This document shows positions 1-9,906 of a DNA stretch of 64,000 nucleotides, one piece after another. The notes below the pieces were generated by a model. The model did not search any database. It worked only from the letters and a program-made list of their open reading frames with translations, and was not told where the DNA came from. Made by a program: the position numbers and the translations under genes. Position 1 is the first letter of the stretch, and the number at the start of each line of letters is the position of its first letter. Source of the DNA: an uncultured Prevotellaceae bacterium (GTDB taxonomy: Bacteria; Bacteroidota; Bacteroidia; Bacteroidales; Muribaculaceae); assembly GCA_900318865.1 (NCBI GenBank), contig ONMF01000009.1:25042-89041 (forward strand), read 5' to 3'.

Positions 1-853
1 CACCTCCATGTCGCTCATGCAGCAGGCTCTGCCCGGACGCACGTTCGATGTGGGCATCAGCGAGGGGCACGCCGTGACGTTTGCCGGAGGGTTGGCCAAG
101 GAAGGATTAAAGCCCTTTGTGGCCATCTACAGCTCGTTCTTGCAGCGTGCCTACGACGAGATAATACACGATGTGGCCATCGCGCAGTTGCCGGTCACCT
201 TCTGCATCGACCGCGGCGGCCTGGTGGGCGAGGATGGTGTGACGCACCACGGCTTGTTCGACCTGGCCTATCTGCGCTGCATTCCCGGCATGGTGGTGGC
301 GGCGCCCAGCAACGAGCACGACTTGCGTAACCTCATGTACACATCACAACTGCCCGACTGCCGTGTGCCATTTGCCATTCGCTATCCACGTGGTCGCGGG
401 GTGCTCAAGAACTGGCAGAATCCAATGCAGGAACTACCCATCGGCCGCGGCCGCAAATTATGCGATGGCCGGCGGGTGGCCATCCTTTCACTGGGACATA
501 TTACCAACATCGCAGCCCAGGCCGTGGAACAGTTGCGGGACCAGGGAATCGAGGTGGCTCACTACGACATGATTTTCCTCAAGCCCCTCGACGACGGCAT
601 CATGAGCCATGTGGCCGGCGCCTTCCAGCACGTGGTCACCGTGGAAGATGGTACCACCGTGGGCGGGCTGGGCAGCGCTGTGGGCGAGTGGATTACAGCT
701 CACGGCACGCCGTTGCCGGTAACCCGGCTGGGTGTCCCCGACCGTTTCATCGACCAGGGCACCGTGGCGCAGCAACAAGCCGAATGTGGCATTGACGCAG
801 CGTCCATAGTGGCCGCTATTCAACAAATCATCAACACCTTGCCACCATCATGA
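1..853 (+). CDS. dxs: 1-deoxy-D-xylulose-5-phosphate synthase, C-terminal part (5' end outside window)
   Basis: Transketolase-like pyrimidine-binding and C-terminal motifs DVGISEGHAVTFAGGLA, DRGGLVGEDGVTHHG and IRYPRG; the frame is open to the window edge. Confidence 0.93.
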   Translation, partial: TSMSLMQQALPGRTFDVGISEGHAVTFAGGLAKEGLKPFVAIYSSFLQRAYDEIIHDVAIAQLPVTFCIDRGGLVGEDGVTHHGLFDLAYLRCIPGMVVAAPSNEHDLRNLMYTSQLPDCRVPFAIRYPRGRGVLKNWQNPMQELPIGRGRKLCDGRRVAILSLGHITNIAAQAVEQLRDQGIEVAHYDMIFLKPLDDGIMSHVAGAFQHVVTVEDGTTVGGLGSAVGEWITAHGTPLPVTRLGVPDRFIDQGTVAQQQAECGIDAASIVAAIQQIINTLPPS

Positions 854-2181
854 AGATAGTCATCGCCGGAGCTGGAGAAGTGGGCTCGCACCTGGCCAAG
901 ATGCTCAGCAACGAGGAGCAGGACATCGTCATTATCGACAGCGATGCCCGCAAACTCGTGAGTTTGGAGAATTATAACCTGATGACCTATCAGGGCAATG
1001 CCACCTCGTTTCGCGACCTGAAGAGTGTGCGCATCGGCAGTGCCGATTTGTTTATCGCCGTCACGCCCTATGAGACCACTAATGTGCTTGCCTGCTCCAT
1101 TGCCAAGAGGCTGGGGACCAAGACCACTGTGGCACGCATCGACAATTTTGAGTTTCTTTCCAAGGAACATCAGGAGTTCTTTGCGCAGATGGGGGTGGAC
1201 GACCTTATCTACCCGGAATATCTGGCCGCCGAGGAGATGCGTAACGCACTGCATCGCACCTGGGTGCGCAACTGGTTCGAGCTGATGGACGGCGAGCTGG
1301 TGGTCGTGGGAGTGAAATTGCGGGAAAACTCGCGCATCGTGGGGCACCATCTGCGCGAAATCACCCACGATGCACGCACCTTCCACGTGGCAGCCATCAA
1401 GCGCAACCGCGAAACGATTATTCCGCGTGGCGACGACCGCATCCTGGCCAACGACATTGCCTACATAGCCACTACACACGAGCATATTGACGAAGTGGCC
1501 GAAGCTTGCGGCAAAGTGAACGTGAAGGTGGAGAAGGTGCTGGTGGTGGGTGGCAACACCATCGCCGAGCAGCTGGCGCTGCTTTTGGGCAAGGACTACC
1601 GAATCAAAGTGATTGAGGAGAATCTGGAACGCTGCGAGGAATTGGCTGCGCGTCTGCCCGACACCAGCGTGGTGCACGGCTCGGCGCGCGACATCGACCT
1701 GCTCGAGGAGGAGGGCATCGGCGACTACGACTTGTTTGTGGCCCTCACGCCCAGCAGTGAAGCCAATATTCTGGGGTGCATGATGGCCAAGGAACACGGC
1801 GTGCCCAAAACGATCGCCGAGGTAGAGGATTTGCAGTACATCAACGAGGCCGAAGCACTCAATATCGGCACAATCATCAACAAGAAGCTGCTGGCATCGA
1901 GCAAAATTTTCCAGATGATGCTCGACAAGGACAAGACCACATCGAAGTGCTTGGCTCTGGCCGATGCCGAAGTGGCCGAGCTGGTGGTCCAGGAAGGGTC
2001 GAAAGTGACCCGGGCCGCCGTGAAGGATGTGAAGTGGCCCCACGACATGACGCTGGCCGGGCTGGTGCGCGACGGCGAAGGCCAACTGGTGACCGGCGAC
2101 ACCCGGCTCAGGGCGGGCGACCACGTGGTGGTGTTCTGCCTGGCAGGTGCTATCAATAAAACCGAAAAAATGTTCAGCTGA
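850..2181 (+). CDS. trkA: Trk potassium uptake NAD-binding subunit
   Basis: MKIVIAGAGEVGSHLA start and two RCK_N/RCK_C pairs; the ATG overlaps the dxs stop codon. Confidence 0.95.
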   Translation: MKIVIAGAGEVGSHLAKMLSNEEQDIVIIDSDARKLVSLENYNLMTYQGNATSFRDLKSVRIGSADLFIAVTPYETTNVLACSIAKRLGTKTTVARIDNFEFLSKEHQEFFAQMGVDDLIYPEYLAAEEMRNALHRTWVRNWFELMDGELVVVGVKLRENSRIVGHHLREITHDARTFHVAAIKRNRETIIPRGDDRILANDIAYIATTHEHIDEVAEACGKVNVKVEKVLVVGGNTIAEQLALLLGKDYRIKVIEENLERCEELAARLPDTSVVHGSARDIDLLEEEGIGDYDLFVALTPSSEANILGCMMAKEHGVPKTIAEVEDLQYINEAEALNIGTIINKKLLASSKIFQMMLDKDKTTSKCLALADAEVAELVVQEGSKVTRAAVKDVKWPHDMTLAGLVRDGEGQLVTGDTRLRAGDHVVVFCLAGAINKTEKMFS

Positions 2182-2182
2182 A

Positions 2183-3661
2183 ATGCGCCACACACTCACA
2201 CGCAAGGTCAATTATCCCATCGTGCTGCGCATGCTGGGATGGCTGCTGATGGTCGAAGCATTGTTCATGTTTTTGCCGGCGCTCGTATCGTGGTATTACC
2301 GCGAAATCGGCACCGTGGTGGCATTTTTGGGCACGGCATTTCCGGCGCTGATTATCGGGGCGCTGATGGCCTATCGCATCAAGCCTTCCAGCTCGTCGAT
2401 GAACAAGCGCGAGGGCTTGTTGCTCACTTCATCGGTGTGGGTGTTTTTCTCCTTGTTCGGGATGGTACCTTTCTTGGTCACCGGTTCACTGAATACGGTC
2501 ACCGACGCTTTTTTTGAGACCATTGCCGCTTTCACCACCACCGGGAGCACCATTGTTCAAGATGTGGAGGTGTTGCCTCACGGCATCCTGTTCTGGCGCT
2601 CACTGATGCAGTGGCTCGGAGGCATGGGAATCATTCTGTTCACGCTGGCGGTGCTGCCCATGCTCAACTATAAGGGAGGCATCACACTGTTCAATGCCGA
2701 GGTGACCGGTATCACCCACGAGCGATTGCGCCCGCGCGTGAACCAGACGGCCAAGGACCTGTGGCTGGTCTATTTGGGCTTGACGGTGCTGCTCACGCTG
2801 CTGCTGTTGCCTGCCATGGGCGGATTTGACGCTGTGTGTCACTCGATGTCGACCATGTCGACAGGAGGCTTTTCAACGAAGAATGACAGCGTGGGTTTTT
2901 GGCGTTCGCCCTACATAGCTTTCGTTCTCATGCTGTTCATGTTCCTGGGCGGTGTGAATTTCTCGCTCATCTACATGGCCATCAGCGGCAAGTTCAAGAA
3001 AGTGTGGCAATCCGACGTGTTCAAGTGGTACGTCCGCTTGATAATCATCTGTTCGGCAGTGGTGTTTGTGCGCATGGTCATTGTCAAGTTCCCCGGCACG
3101 AATTTGGAGCGGGCCATCTTCTCGGTATTCGATGTGCTGTCGGCCATGACCTCAACGGGCTTCCCGCCCATGAGCGTGGAACCACAGGGCGAATTCATCG
3201 GCATGGTTCTCATGGTTCTCATGTTTTTTGGCGGCATGGCGGGTTCCACGTCGGGTGGGGCAAAAATCGACCGCTTGATAGTGCTGATTAAAAATGCCAA
3301 AAACGAGCTGTACCGCGTGCTGCATCCCAACACGGTGACCACGGTGCGCATCGATGGAAAGGCCCTGCCGTTCAACCGCGTGAGCACAGTCATCGCATTC
3401 CTGTCGATGTATGTTATCATTGTTATTGTGGTGGCGTTGCTGCTGGTGATGATGAACATCCCCATGTTTGATGCGCTCTACACATCCCTTTCGGCGCTGA
3501 GCAATCTGGGCGTGGGGTATGGCATCACCGGTGCCGATGGCTCGTGGGCAGTTCTGCCCGATGCCGCCAAGTGGCTGCTGGCGTTGGAGATGCTGGTGGG
3601 ACGTTTGGAGTTGTTCACCGTGCTGGTGTTGTTCACGTCCACGTTCTGGCTGCGCGACTAA
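2183..3661 (+). CDS. trkH: Trk potassium uptake membrane subunit
   Basis: Multi-TM protein with selectivity-loop motifs (AFTTTGST, MSTGGFS, SAMTSTG, GGMAGSTSGGAKIDR, LVGRLE); start set to the ATG 1 nt after the trkA stop. Confidence 0.93.
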   Translation: MRHTLTRKVNYPIVLRMLGWLLMVEALFMFLPALVSWYYREIGTVVAFLGTAFPALIIGALMAYRIKPSSSSMNKREGLLLTSSVWVFFSLFGMVPFLVTGSLNTVTDAFFETIAAFTTTGSTIVQDVEVLPHGILFWRSLMQWLGGMGIILFTLAVLPMLNYKGGITLFNAEVTGITHERLRPRVNQTAKDLWLVYLGLTVLLTLLLLPAMGGFDAVCHSMSTMSTGGFSTKNDSVGFWRSPYIAFVLMLFMFLGGVNFSLIYMAISGKFKKVWQSDVFKWYVRLIIICSAVVFVRMVIVKFPGTNLERAIFSVFDVLSAMTSTGFPPMSVEPQGEFIGMVLMVLMFFGGMAGSTSGGAKIDRLIVLIKNAKNELYRVLHPNTVTTVRIDGKALPFNRVSTVIAFLSMYVIIVIVVALLLVMMNIPMFDALYTSLSALSNLGVGYGITGADGSWAVLPDAAKWLLALEMLVGRLELFTVLVLFTSTFWLRD

Positions 3662-3751
3662 GTGAAGAGAGGAATAATTTACTTTCGCGAATTTTTTCGG
3701 CCGAAAATTGTTTACAATTGAAAATTTAGTTGTAATTTTATCGGCTAATTA

Positions 3752-6259
3752 ATGATTTGCAGAAATATGTCAAAAAATATGAACAAAGAACCGCTCAATC
3801 CCGACATCAGTAATATCACCGAAAGTGAGGAGTACCGACGGCATGTGGAGGAGCAAGTTGCTATCGAAAATGGCAAACTAACTCGCTGGCAGCGATTTAC
3901 GACCTTCTTTAAAAATGGCCGCACTCGTTTTGCCATGGGTGTAATTTTGTTATTTTTGGGCTTTTACCTGCTCATCAGCTTTGTGTCGTTTTTCTCGGGG
4001 GCCGGTGCCACCGACCAAAATTATGTCGACACGCAGACGGTGATTGAAAATGCTCAGCACCCCGACCGTACGAAGAACGCCGGAGCGGTGGTGGGTGCAA
4101 AGGTGAGCGACCTGCTCATTGCCGATGGCGTGGGTGTGGCGGCTTTTATCTTGGTGCTCTGGTGCTGCACCATCGGGTGGCGCATGGTGCGCAAAGGCAG
4201 GAAAACCCATTTCTTTTCCTATACGCTCGTGTCGTTGTTCAGCATCTTCACGGTGTCGATGGTGGTGGGTGCCTGCACCTATGGCATGAATCTGACATTC
4301 TTCCCGCTGGGAGGCGGGTTTGGATATTTTGCCAATAAATGGCTGCTGGGGCTGGTGGGTATGTACGGCATGATTGCGGTGAACATTATTGTGGTGATGC
4401 TCTGGGTGATGCTTTGCTACAACACCATCAAGGCACTCATTGAGCAAGCGCGCAAGCGCATGCCCGCGCGGCGCAATTTCCAAGGCGACGAGGTGGGGCG
4501 GGAAGCCGACAAGCGCAGCGGCGACTTGGCCGAATTGTTGAGCAATGTGCGTCGTCATGGCGCACATGACGAGCAACATGAAGATGCCGAAAAACGCCAT
4601 CAAGCCGAAGCCGAGAAGCCTCGCCAGCAGCGGCAACCGCGTCAGCAGCAAGTAGCCGCCGCCACTGGTGCCACCTCGACCGATGCGCCGGCTCAAATCA
4701 AGGCCATTGAAAAAGGCGTGCTGAGTAATCCGCATGACCCCACGGGCGAATACATCCATTACAAATTTCCCACGCTCGACCTCTTGCAGGACATCAAGAT
4801 GCGCAACAGCGTGGATAAAGAAGAGCAGGAGGCCAACAAACAGCGAATCACCGAGACGCTGGGAAAATATGGCATAGAAATCAAGCAAATCGAGGTGCAT
4901 GTAGGCCCTACGGTAACGCTGTTTGAGATTATTCCGCAAGACGGCGTGCGAATCAGCAAGATTCGCGGTCTTGAGGACGACATCGCCCTGAGCCTCGCCG
5001 CTCTGGGCATCCGCATCATTGCGCCCATGCCGGGCCGCGGCACCATCGGCATCGAGGTGCCTAACCGCGACCCGCAGGTGGTGCCCATGCGCCAGGTCAT
5101 CGAGTCGAAGGCCTTCCAGGAAAGCAAGGCCGAGTTGCCCATGTGCCTGGGATGCACGGTGAGCAACGAAGTGTTTGTGGCCGACCTCACCAAAATGCCG
5201 CACCTGCTCGTGGCCGGTGCCACAGGTAAAGGAAAGTCGGTGGGTCTGAACGCCATCATCACGTCGCTGCTCTACAAGAAGGGTCCCAGTGAGCTCAAGT
5301 TGGTGCTCATCGACCCCAAGAGGGTGGAGTTCAGCGTGTATGCCGACATCGAGAAATATTATTTTGCCAAGGTTGACGGCGAGGACCGTGCCATCGTCAC
5401 CGACACGCAAAAGGTGGTGCGCACGCTCAACAGCCTGGTGCAAGAGATGGAAGACCGCTATACCATCCTCGAGGAGGTGAAGGAGCGCAACATCAAGGAT
5501 TACAACAAGAAGTGGCGTACTGAACTGAAGGAAATCCGCGATGAGCACGGCGACAAGAAATATCACTTCATGCCCTACATTGTGGCCGTTGTCGATGAGT
5601 TTTCCGACATGATCATGACGGCAGGCAAAGAGGTAGAGGGCCCCATTGTGCGCATTGCCCAGAAAGCCCGTGCGGTGGGTATCCACATGATTATCGCCAC
5701 ACAGCGCCCCAGCGCCAACGTCATCACCGGCCTGATCAAGGGAAACTTCCCCGGCCGCATCGCTTTCGCCGTGTCGCAGATGATGGACAGCCGCATCATC
5801 ATCGACCGCTCAGGCGCCCAGCAGCTCATTGGCCGCGGCGACATGCTTTTCTCCATCGACGGCGACATCACCCGGCTGCAATGCCCGTTTGTCGACACGC
5901 CCGACATCGAGCGCATCTGCAACTTTATCAAGGAGCAGGAGGACAACGACAAGAACATCGACCACGATGTGCTCATTCTGCCTGATTACGTGGCACCCGC
6001 CGATGCCTCGGGCGGTGGCTCGACGGGAACGACCAACCTCAAGGAGCGCGACCCGCTTTTCGAGGAGGCGGTCAAGTGGATTGTGCAGGGCGATGTGGCC
6101 TCCACGTCCTCGCTGCAGCGCCGTTACGAGATAGGCTACAACCGTGCCGGCCGCATCATGGACCAGATGCAGCAAGCCGGCATCGTGGGGCCTTCGGTGG
6201 GCGGCAAGCCCCGCAAGGTGTTGCTCACACCGCTCGAGGTGGACCAGCTGTTCTCCTGA
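3752..6259 (+). CDS. ftsK: DNA translocase FtsK/SpoIIIE
   Basis: N-terminal TM helices, HLLVAGATGKGKS Walker A, VVDEFSD Walker B, ATQRPS, and the gamma-domain motif STSSLQRRYEIGYNRAGRIMDQ. The true start may be a slightly later ATG. Confidence 0.95.
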   Translation: MICRNMSKNMNKEPLNPDISNITESEEYRRHVEEQVAIENGKLTRWQRFTTFFKNGRTRFAMGVILLFLGFYLLISFVSFFSGAGATDQNYVDTQTVIENAQHPDRTKNAGAVVGAKVSDLLIADGVGVAAFILVLWCCTIGWRMVRKGRKTHFFSYTLVSLFSIFTVSMVVGACTYGMNLTFFPLGGGFGYFANKWLLGLVGMYGMIAVNIIVVMLWVMLCYNTIKALIEQARKRMPARRNFQGDEVGREADKRSGDLAELLSNVRRHGAHDEQHEDAEKRHQAEAEKPRQQRQPRQQQVAAATGATSTDAPAQIKAIEKGVLSNPHDPTGEYIHYKFPTLDLLQDIKMRNSVDKEEQEANKQRITETLGKYGIEIKQIEVHVGPTVTLFEIIPQDGVRISKIRGLEDDIALSLAALGIRIIAPMPGRGTIGIEVPNRDPQVVPMRQVIESKAFQESKAELPMCLGCTVSNEVFVADLTKMPHLLVAGATGKGKSVGLNAIITSLLYKKGPSELKLVLIDPKRVEFSVYADIEKYYFAKVDGEDRAIVTDTQKVVRTLNSLVQEMEDRYTILEEVKERNIKDYNKKWRTELKEIRDEHGDKKYHFMPYIVAVVDEFSDMIMTAGKEVEGPIVRIAQKARAVGIHMIIATQRPSANVITGLIKGNFPGRIAFAVSQMMDSRIIIDRSGAQQLIGRGDMLFSIDGDITRLQCPFVDTPDIERICNFIKEQEDNDKNIDHDVLILPDYVAPADASGGGSTGTTNLKERDPLFEEAVKWIVQGDVASTSSLQRRYEIGYNRAGRIMDQMQQAGIVGPSVGGKPRKVLLTPLEVDQLFS

Positions 6260-6298
6260 CAACGGTTTGGCATAAAGTTTGCAAGATTTTAACTCGAT

Positions 6299-6910
6299 AT
6301 GAAACGAATTGCATCCATCATCATCCTAATGCTCGCGGTCGCCACAATGGCATCGGCGCAGACGCCGGCCGCCGTGCTCGACCAGGCGGTGGCGGCACTG
6401 CGCGGCGCCGGCATGGTGACTGCCACCTACAAGTTGACCTCCGGCCAAGGCAACTCGGCGGGCACCATTGTGCTCAGTGGCGACAAGTTCAGGCTCATAT
6501 CACCTGATATGAAGACATGGTTTGACGGCACCACGCAATGGACCTTTTCCACGGCGACGGGCGAGGTCAATATCACCACCCCGACGGCCAGCGATTTGCA
6601 GATGCTCAATCCCTATGCAGCCGTGCAAGGCTTTAAGAAAAACTGCAATATGTGGAAGGCCGCCGGCCAGATTCCCGGTTGCTATGCCATCATGCTACGC
6701 CCCAAAACCAAGAGCGACATCAGTCAGATGTGGCTATATGTGTCGTCCAGTACGCATATGCTGCAAAATGCCCACTTCAAGATGACTAACGGGCAGACGT
6801 TCACCATCAGCTTGAGCGGCTACAAAACCCATCAGTCGCTGCCGGCATCCACCTTTACCTTCGATGCCTCGATGGTTCCACCCGGCACCGAGGTCGTCGA
6901 CTTGCGATAA
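6299..6910 (+). CDS. lolA: LolA-like outer-membrane lipoprotein carrier
   Basis: Signal peptide, the WFDGTTQW motif and a TFTFD...EVVDLR C-terminus; ftsK-lolA-trxB order is typical of Bacteroidales. Confidence 0.75.
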   Translation: MKRIASIIILMLAVATMASAQTPAAVLDQAVAALRGAGMVTATYKLTSGQGNSAGTIVLSGDKFRLISPDMKTWFDGTTQWTFSTATGEVNITTPTASDLQMLNPYAAVQGFKKNCNMWKAAGQIPGCYAIMLRPKTKSDISQMWLYVSSSTHMLQNAHFKMTNGQTFTISLSGYKTHQSLPASTFTFDASMVPPGTEVVDLR

Positions 6911-6946
6911 GAACATTATACACTCATTCTGTCACACTTTTTACTT

Positions 6947-7882
6947 ATGACCACCACACGTTGCTTAATCATCGGCTCTGGCCCCGCAGGCTACACCGCT
7001 TCGATCTACACCACGCGCGCCGGCATCAACAGTATCCTCGTGGAGGGGTTGCAGCCCGGCGGACAACTGACCCAAACCACCACCATCGAGAATTTTCCGG
7101 GATTCCCCGACGGCATCGACGGCAACGAACTCATGGACCGCATGAGGCAGCAGGCCATCGGTTTGGGCGCCACCGTCAAGCCCGACATTGTGAAAAGCAT
7201 CGATTTGAGCCGGCGGCCATTTGTGGCCCTGCTCGATGGCGGTGACACCATTGAGGCCGACACCGTGATTGTGGCTACCGGTGCCAGCGCCAAATATTTA
7301 GGGCTGGAAGATGAGAAACGTTATGCCGGCATGGGTGTCTCGGCCTGTGCCACCTGCGACGGCTTCTTCTATCGCAAGAAAGTGGTGGCCGTGGTGGGAG
7401 GCGGCGACACGGCCTGTGAGGAGGCTCACTATTTGAGCCACTTGGCAAGCAAAGTCTACATGATAGTGCGCAAGGACTATCTGCGTGCGTCGGCCGCCAT
7501 GCAGCAGCGTGTGAATGACACCCCTAACATTGAGATTCTTTATAACACCAACACCGTGGGCCTCTTTGGCGACAACGGAGTGCAGGGTGCGCACTTGGTG
7601 CGTTTCAAAGGCACCGGGCAAGAGCAGTTCTTCGACATCGATATCGACGGCTTCTTCCTTGCCATCGGGCATAAGCCGAACACCGATTTCCTGGGCGGTC
7701 AGATCGACCTCGACGAAGGGGGATACATCAAGACCGACGGCACGACTACCGCTACCAGCGTGCCCGGAGTTTTTGCCGCTGGCGATGTGGCCGACCCGCG
7801 TTATCGCCAAGCCATAGCGGCCGCCGGCACCGGATGCCGTGCGGCACTCGATGCCGAGAAATTCTTGGCAGCGAACGGTTGA
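6947..7882 (+). CDS. trxB: Thioredoxin-disulfide reductase
   Basis: IIGSGPAGYTA, CATCDGFF redox motif, VVGGGDTA and FAAGDV. Confidence 0.96.
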   Translation: MTTTRCLIIGSGPAGYTASIYTTRAGINSILVEGLQPGGQLTQTTTIENFPGFPDGIDGNELMDRMRQQAIGLGATVKPDIVKSIDLSRRPFVALLDGGDTIEADTVIVATGASAKYLGLEDEKRYAGMGVSACATCDGFFYRKKVVAVVGGGDTACEEAHYLSHLASKVYMIVRKDYLRASAAMQQRVNDTPNIEILYNTNTVGLFGDNGVQGAHLVRFKGTGQEQFFDIDIDGFFLAIGHKPNTDFLGGQIDLDEGGYIKTDGTTTATSVPGVFAAGDVADPRYRQAIAAAGTGCRAALDAEKFLAANG

Positions 7883-7891
7883 TAATTGGCG

Positions 7892-8317
7892 TTATTCGGT
7901 TTCTACCTCTTCCGGTTCTACTTCTACTGGTTCAACTTCTATCCGAGTGGTGTCGGTGGTTTCGTCGATGCTGCTGTCTCCATCCACCATTTCGATGACC
8001 ACCTCTTCATCTTCCACGGGTTTTGGGGGTCGGTATTGGCCTGCAGCGAGCATGACAATCAGGAAAACGCCGCTCACTGCAAGCCCTATGAGCACACCCA
8101 GCGTGGGCAGCAACCTCGGCTTGATGAACAGGCCGGCAATGCACAGCAAAAAACCTGCCGCACCGGCCAAGAATGCCGCCTCGGGGAGGATGACGAGCAG
8201 GGGCAATGCCAATAACTGGAGCCCCAGCCCGATGGCACCGGGCTTGTTTCGCAGCAGCCACGGTTCACGGGGCGGCTCGGGCTGTGGTACAGGGGGCATG
8301 GAATAGTTCTCGTTCAT
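7892..8317 (-). CDS. Hypothetical membrane protein (about 3 TM segments, acidic tail)
   Basis: Hydrophobic core with a Glu/Asp-rich C-terminus; TAnnTTTG-like promoter context upstream. Confidence 0.65.
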   Translation of the reverse strand: MNENYSMPPVPQPEPPREPWLLRNKPGAIGLGLQLLALPLLVILPEAAFLAGAAGFLLCIAGLFIKPRLLPTLGVLIGLAVSGVFLIVMLAAGQYRPPKPVEDEEVVIEMVDGDSSIDETTDTTRIEVEPVEVEPEEVETE

Positions 8318-8421
8318 GATGTGTGGTGTATTGGTCTTCGTTTCGCAAATTTAGGCAAAAAATCTCGATTTATAAATCGGTAGAAATAAAAACAGAAAAT
8401 AAATGTCTTGATAAAAGATGT

Positions 8422-8447
8422 GAGGGACGCCCATCAGGGCGTCCCTC
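8422..8447 (-). terminator. Intrinsic terminator after the PD40 gene
   Basis: Perfect 11-bp stem GAGGGACGCCC-ATCA-GGGCGTCCCTC. Confidence 0.7.
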
Positions 8448-8472
8448 GGTCATTTTTTGTAGTGACAGGAAT

Positions 8473-9453
8473 TTACTCGTCGAGCTTGAATCGCCAGATT
8501 TGGTAATTCTCCTTCTTGTTGCCGCGGTCGCTCACAAAGTAGACAAAGCCGTCTTGGCTCCAGTAAGGCTGTCCGTCGTACGATTTGTTGACGGTGAGTT
8601 GCACCAGATTGTTGCCATCAATGTCGATGATGTAGAGGTCGGTGTCCTTCTTGTCCTTCTTGTATGCGTCGAAGATGATGTGCTTGCCGTCGGGGCTCCA
8701 GCAGGGGTTGAAAGCGTAGCCTTTCTTGGCGTCGGTGATTTGCACCTGGTTGCCTCCGTCGAGGTCCATTGTCCAGATGGAGCAGCTCTTGGCATCGGAT
8801 GAATATTTCACATAGGCAATGCTCTTGCCGTCGGGGCTGAAGCGTGGTGTGTAGCCACCCGAAAGCAGCACATTCTCGCCAGTCTTGAGGTTGCGCAGCC
8901 ACACTTCACTGTGCTCCACAGCCACGGTGGTTCCGCCAAAGCCGAAGAGCGACCAGAAATTCAGTTTCTTGTAGAATGAATAGGACTGCTTGTCGTAGAT
9001 GAGGTATTGTCCATCAGGACTGAAGCTGGGATGTCCTTCGAAAGCGTCGGGCGACTCGGTGATGGCTTGCAGGGTTTTTCCCTTGGTGTTGTTCATCATG
9101 AAAATGTCGCTCGTGGCGCTGCCCTCATTCTGGCATCGGAAAGCAATTTTGTCGAGCACTTCGCTGTAAGCGGGAGCCCAGTTGAAGTTTTTGCCACTGG
9201 TTTTCTGGCTCATGGCAGTGGAGAAGACGTTCTCCTTCTTGTAAATGTTCCAGTACTTTTTGTTTTCACGGGCGGCAAAAAACAGGTTCAGTCCCATGTT
9301 GCCACCATAGGGATTCATGCAGGGTTCCTCGTTGTCGGTTACCTTGGTGAGGGTCATCAAGTTTTCGCCGCTGGTGGTGATTTCAAAGTTTTTTCCAGCC
9401 CAGCTGGTGAGTGTCGCGCAAGCGACAAGCGTCAGGGATAGTACTTTTCTCAT
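8473..9453 (-). CDS. Secreted TolB-like PD40 beta-propeller protein
   Basis: Signal peptide and repeated PsFSPDG/WSPDG motifs. Confidence 0.85.
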   Translation of the reverse strand: MRKVLSLTLVACATLTSWAGKNFEITTSGENLMTLTKVTDNEEPCMNPYGGNMGLNLFFAARENKKYWNIYKKENVFSTAMSQKTSGKNFNWAPAYSEVLDKIAFRCQNEGSATSDIFMMNNTKGKTLQAITESPDAFEGHPSFSPDGQYLIYDKQSYSFYKKLNFWSLFGFGGTTVAVEHSEVWLRNLKTGENVLLSGGYTPRFSPDGKSIAYVKYSSDAKSCSIWTMDLDGGNQVQITDAKKGYAFNPCWSPDGKHIIFDAYKKDKKDTDLYIIDIDGNNLVQLTVNKSYDGQPYWSQDGFVYFVSDRGNKKENYQIWRFKLDE

Positions 9454-9546
9454 ATAGGTTGATTTTAATGGATTATTAGTCGTGGTGTCAAAGAGTTTTC
9501 ACAAAGATAATGATAATTTTTAAAAAAATGAGGACTTTAGTGGGAT

Positions 9547-9894
9547 TTATTGAGGCATTGAGTCGAATGCTTGTTGCAGTTCCTTGAGTTGGGCGCGGAT
9601 GCTTTTGAGCCTGTCCACCACTTCGAAGCGCTTGTCCACACCATCGCGGTTGGCACGGATTTGCGCTTGTGCCGCCTCCAGCTTGATGCCTTTGTCCTTG
9701 ACCAAATAGTGGATTTTCTTGATGGTCTCAATGTCGGCCGGTGTGTAGAAGCGCGTGCCCTTGTCGTTGCGCTTGGGCTTGAGAATGGTGAGCTGCGACT
9801 CCCAGAAACGCAGGGTTGTCACCGGGATGCCCAAAATTTGGGCCACATCGCCGATACGATAGTATTTTTTGTCAAACTCTTGCATGGTGGGCAT
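9547..9894 (-). CDS. MerR-family transcriptional regulator
   Basis: YYRIGDVAQILGIPVTTLRFWE HTH followed by GTRFYT. Confidence 0.88.
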   Translation of the reverse strand: MPTMQEFDKKYYRIGDVAQILGIPVTTLRFWESQLTILKPKRNDKGTRFYTPADIETIKKIHYLVKDKGIKLEAAQAQIRANRDGVDKRFEVVDRLKSIRAQLKELQQAFDSMPQ

Positions 9895-9906
9895 GAAAAA
9901 CGGTTG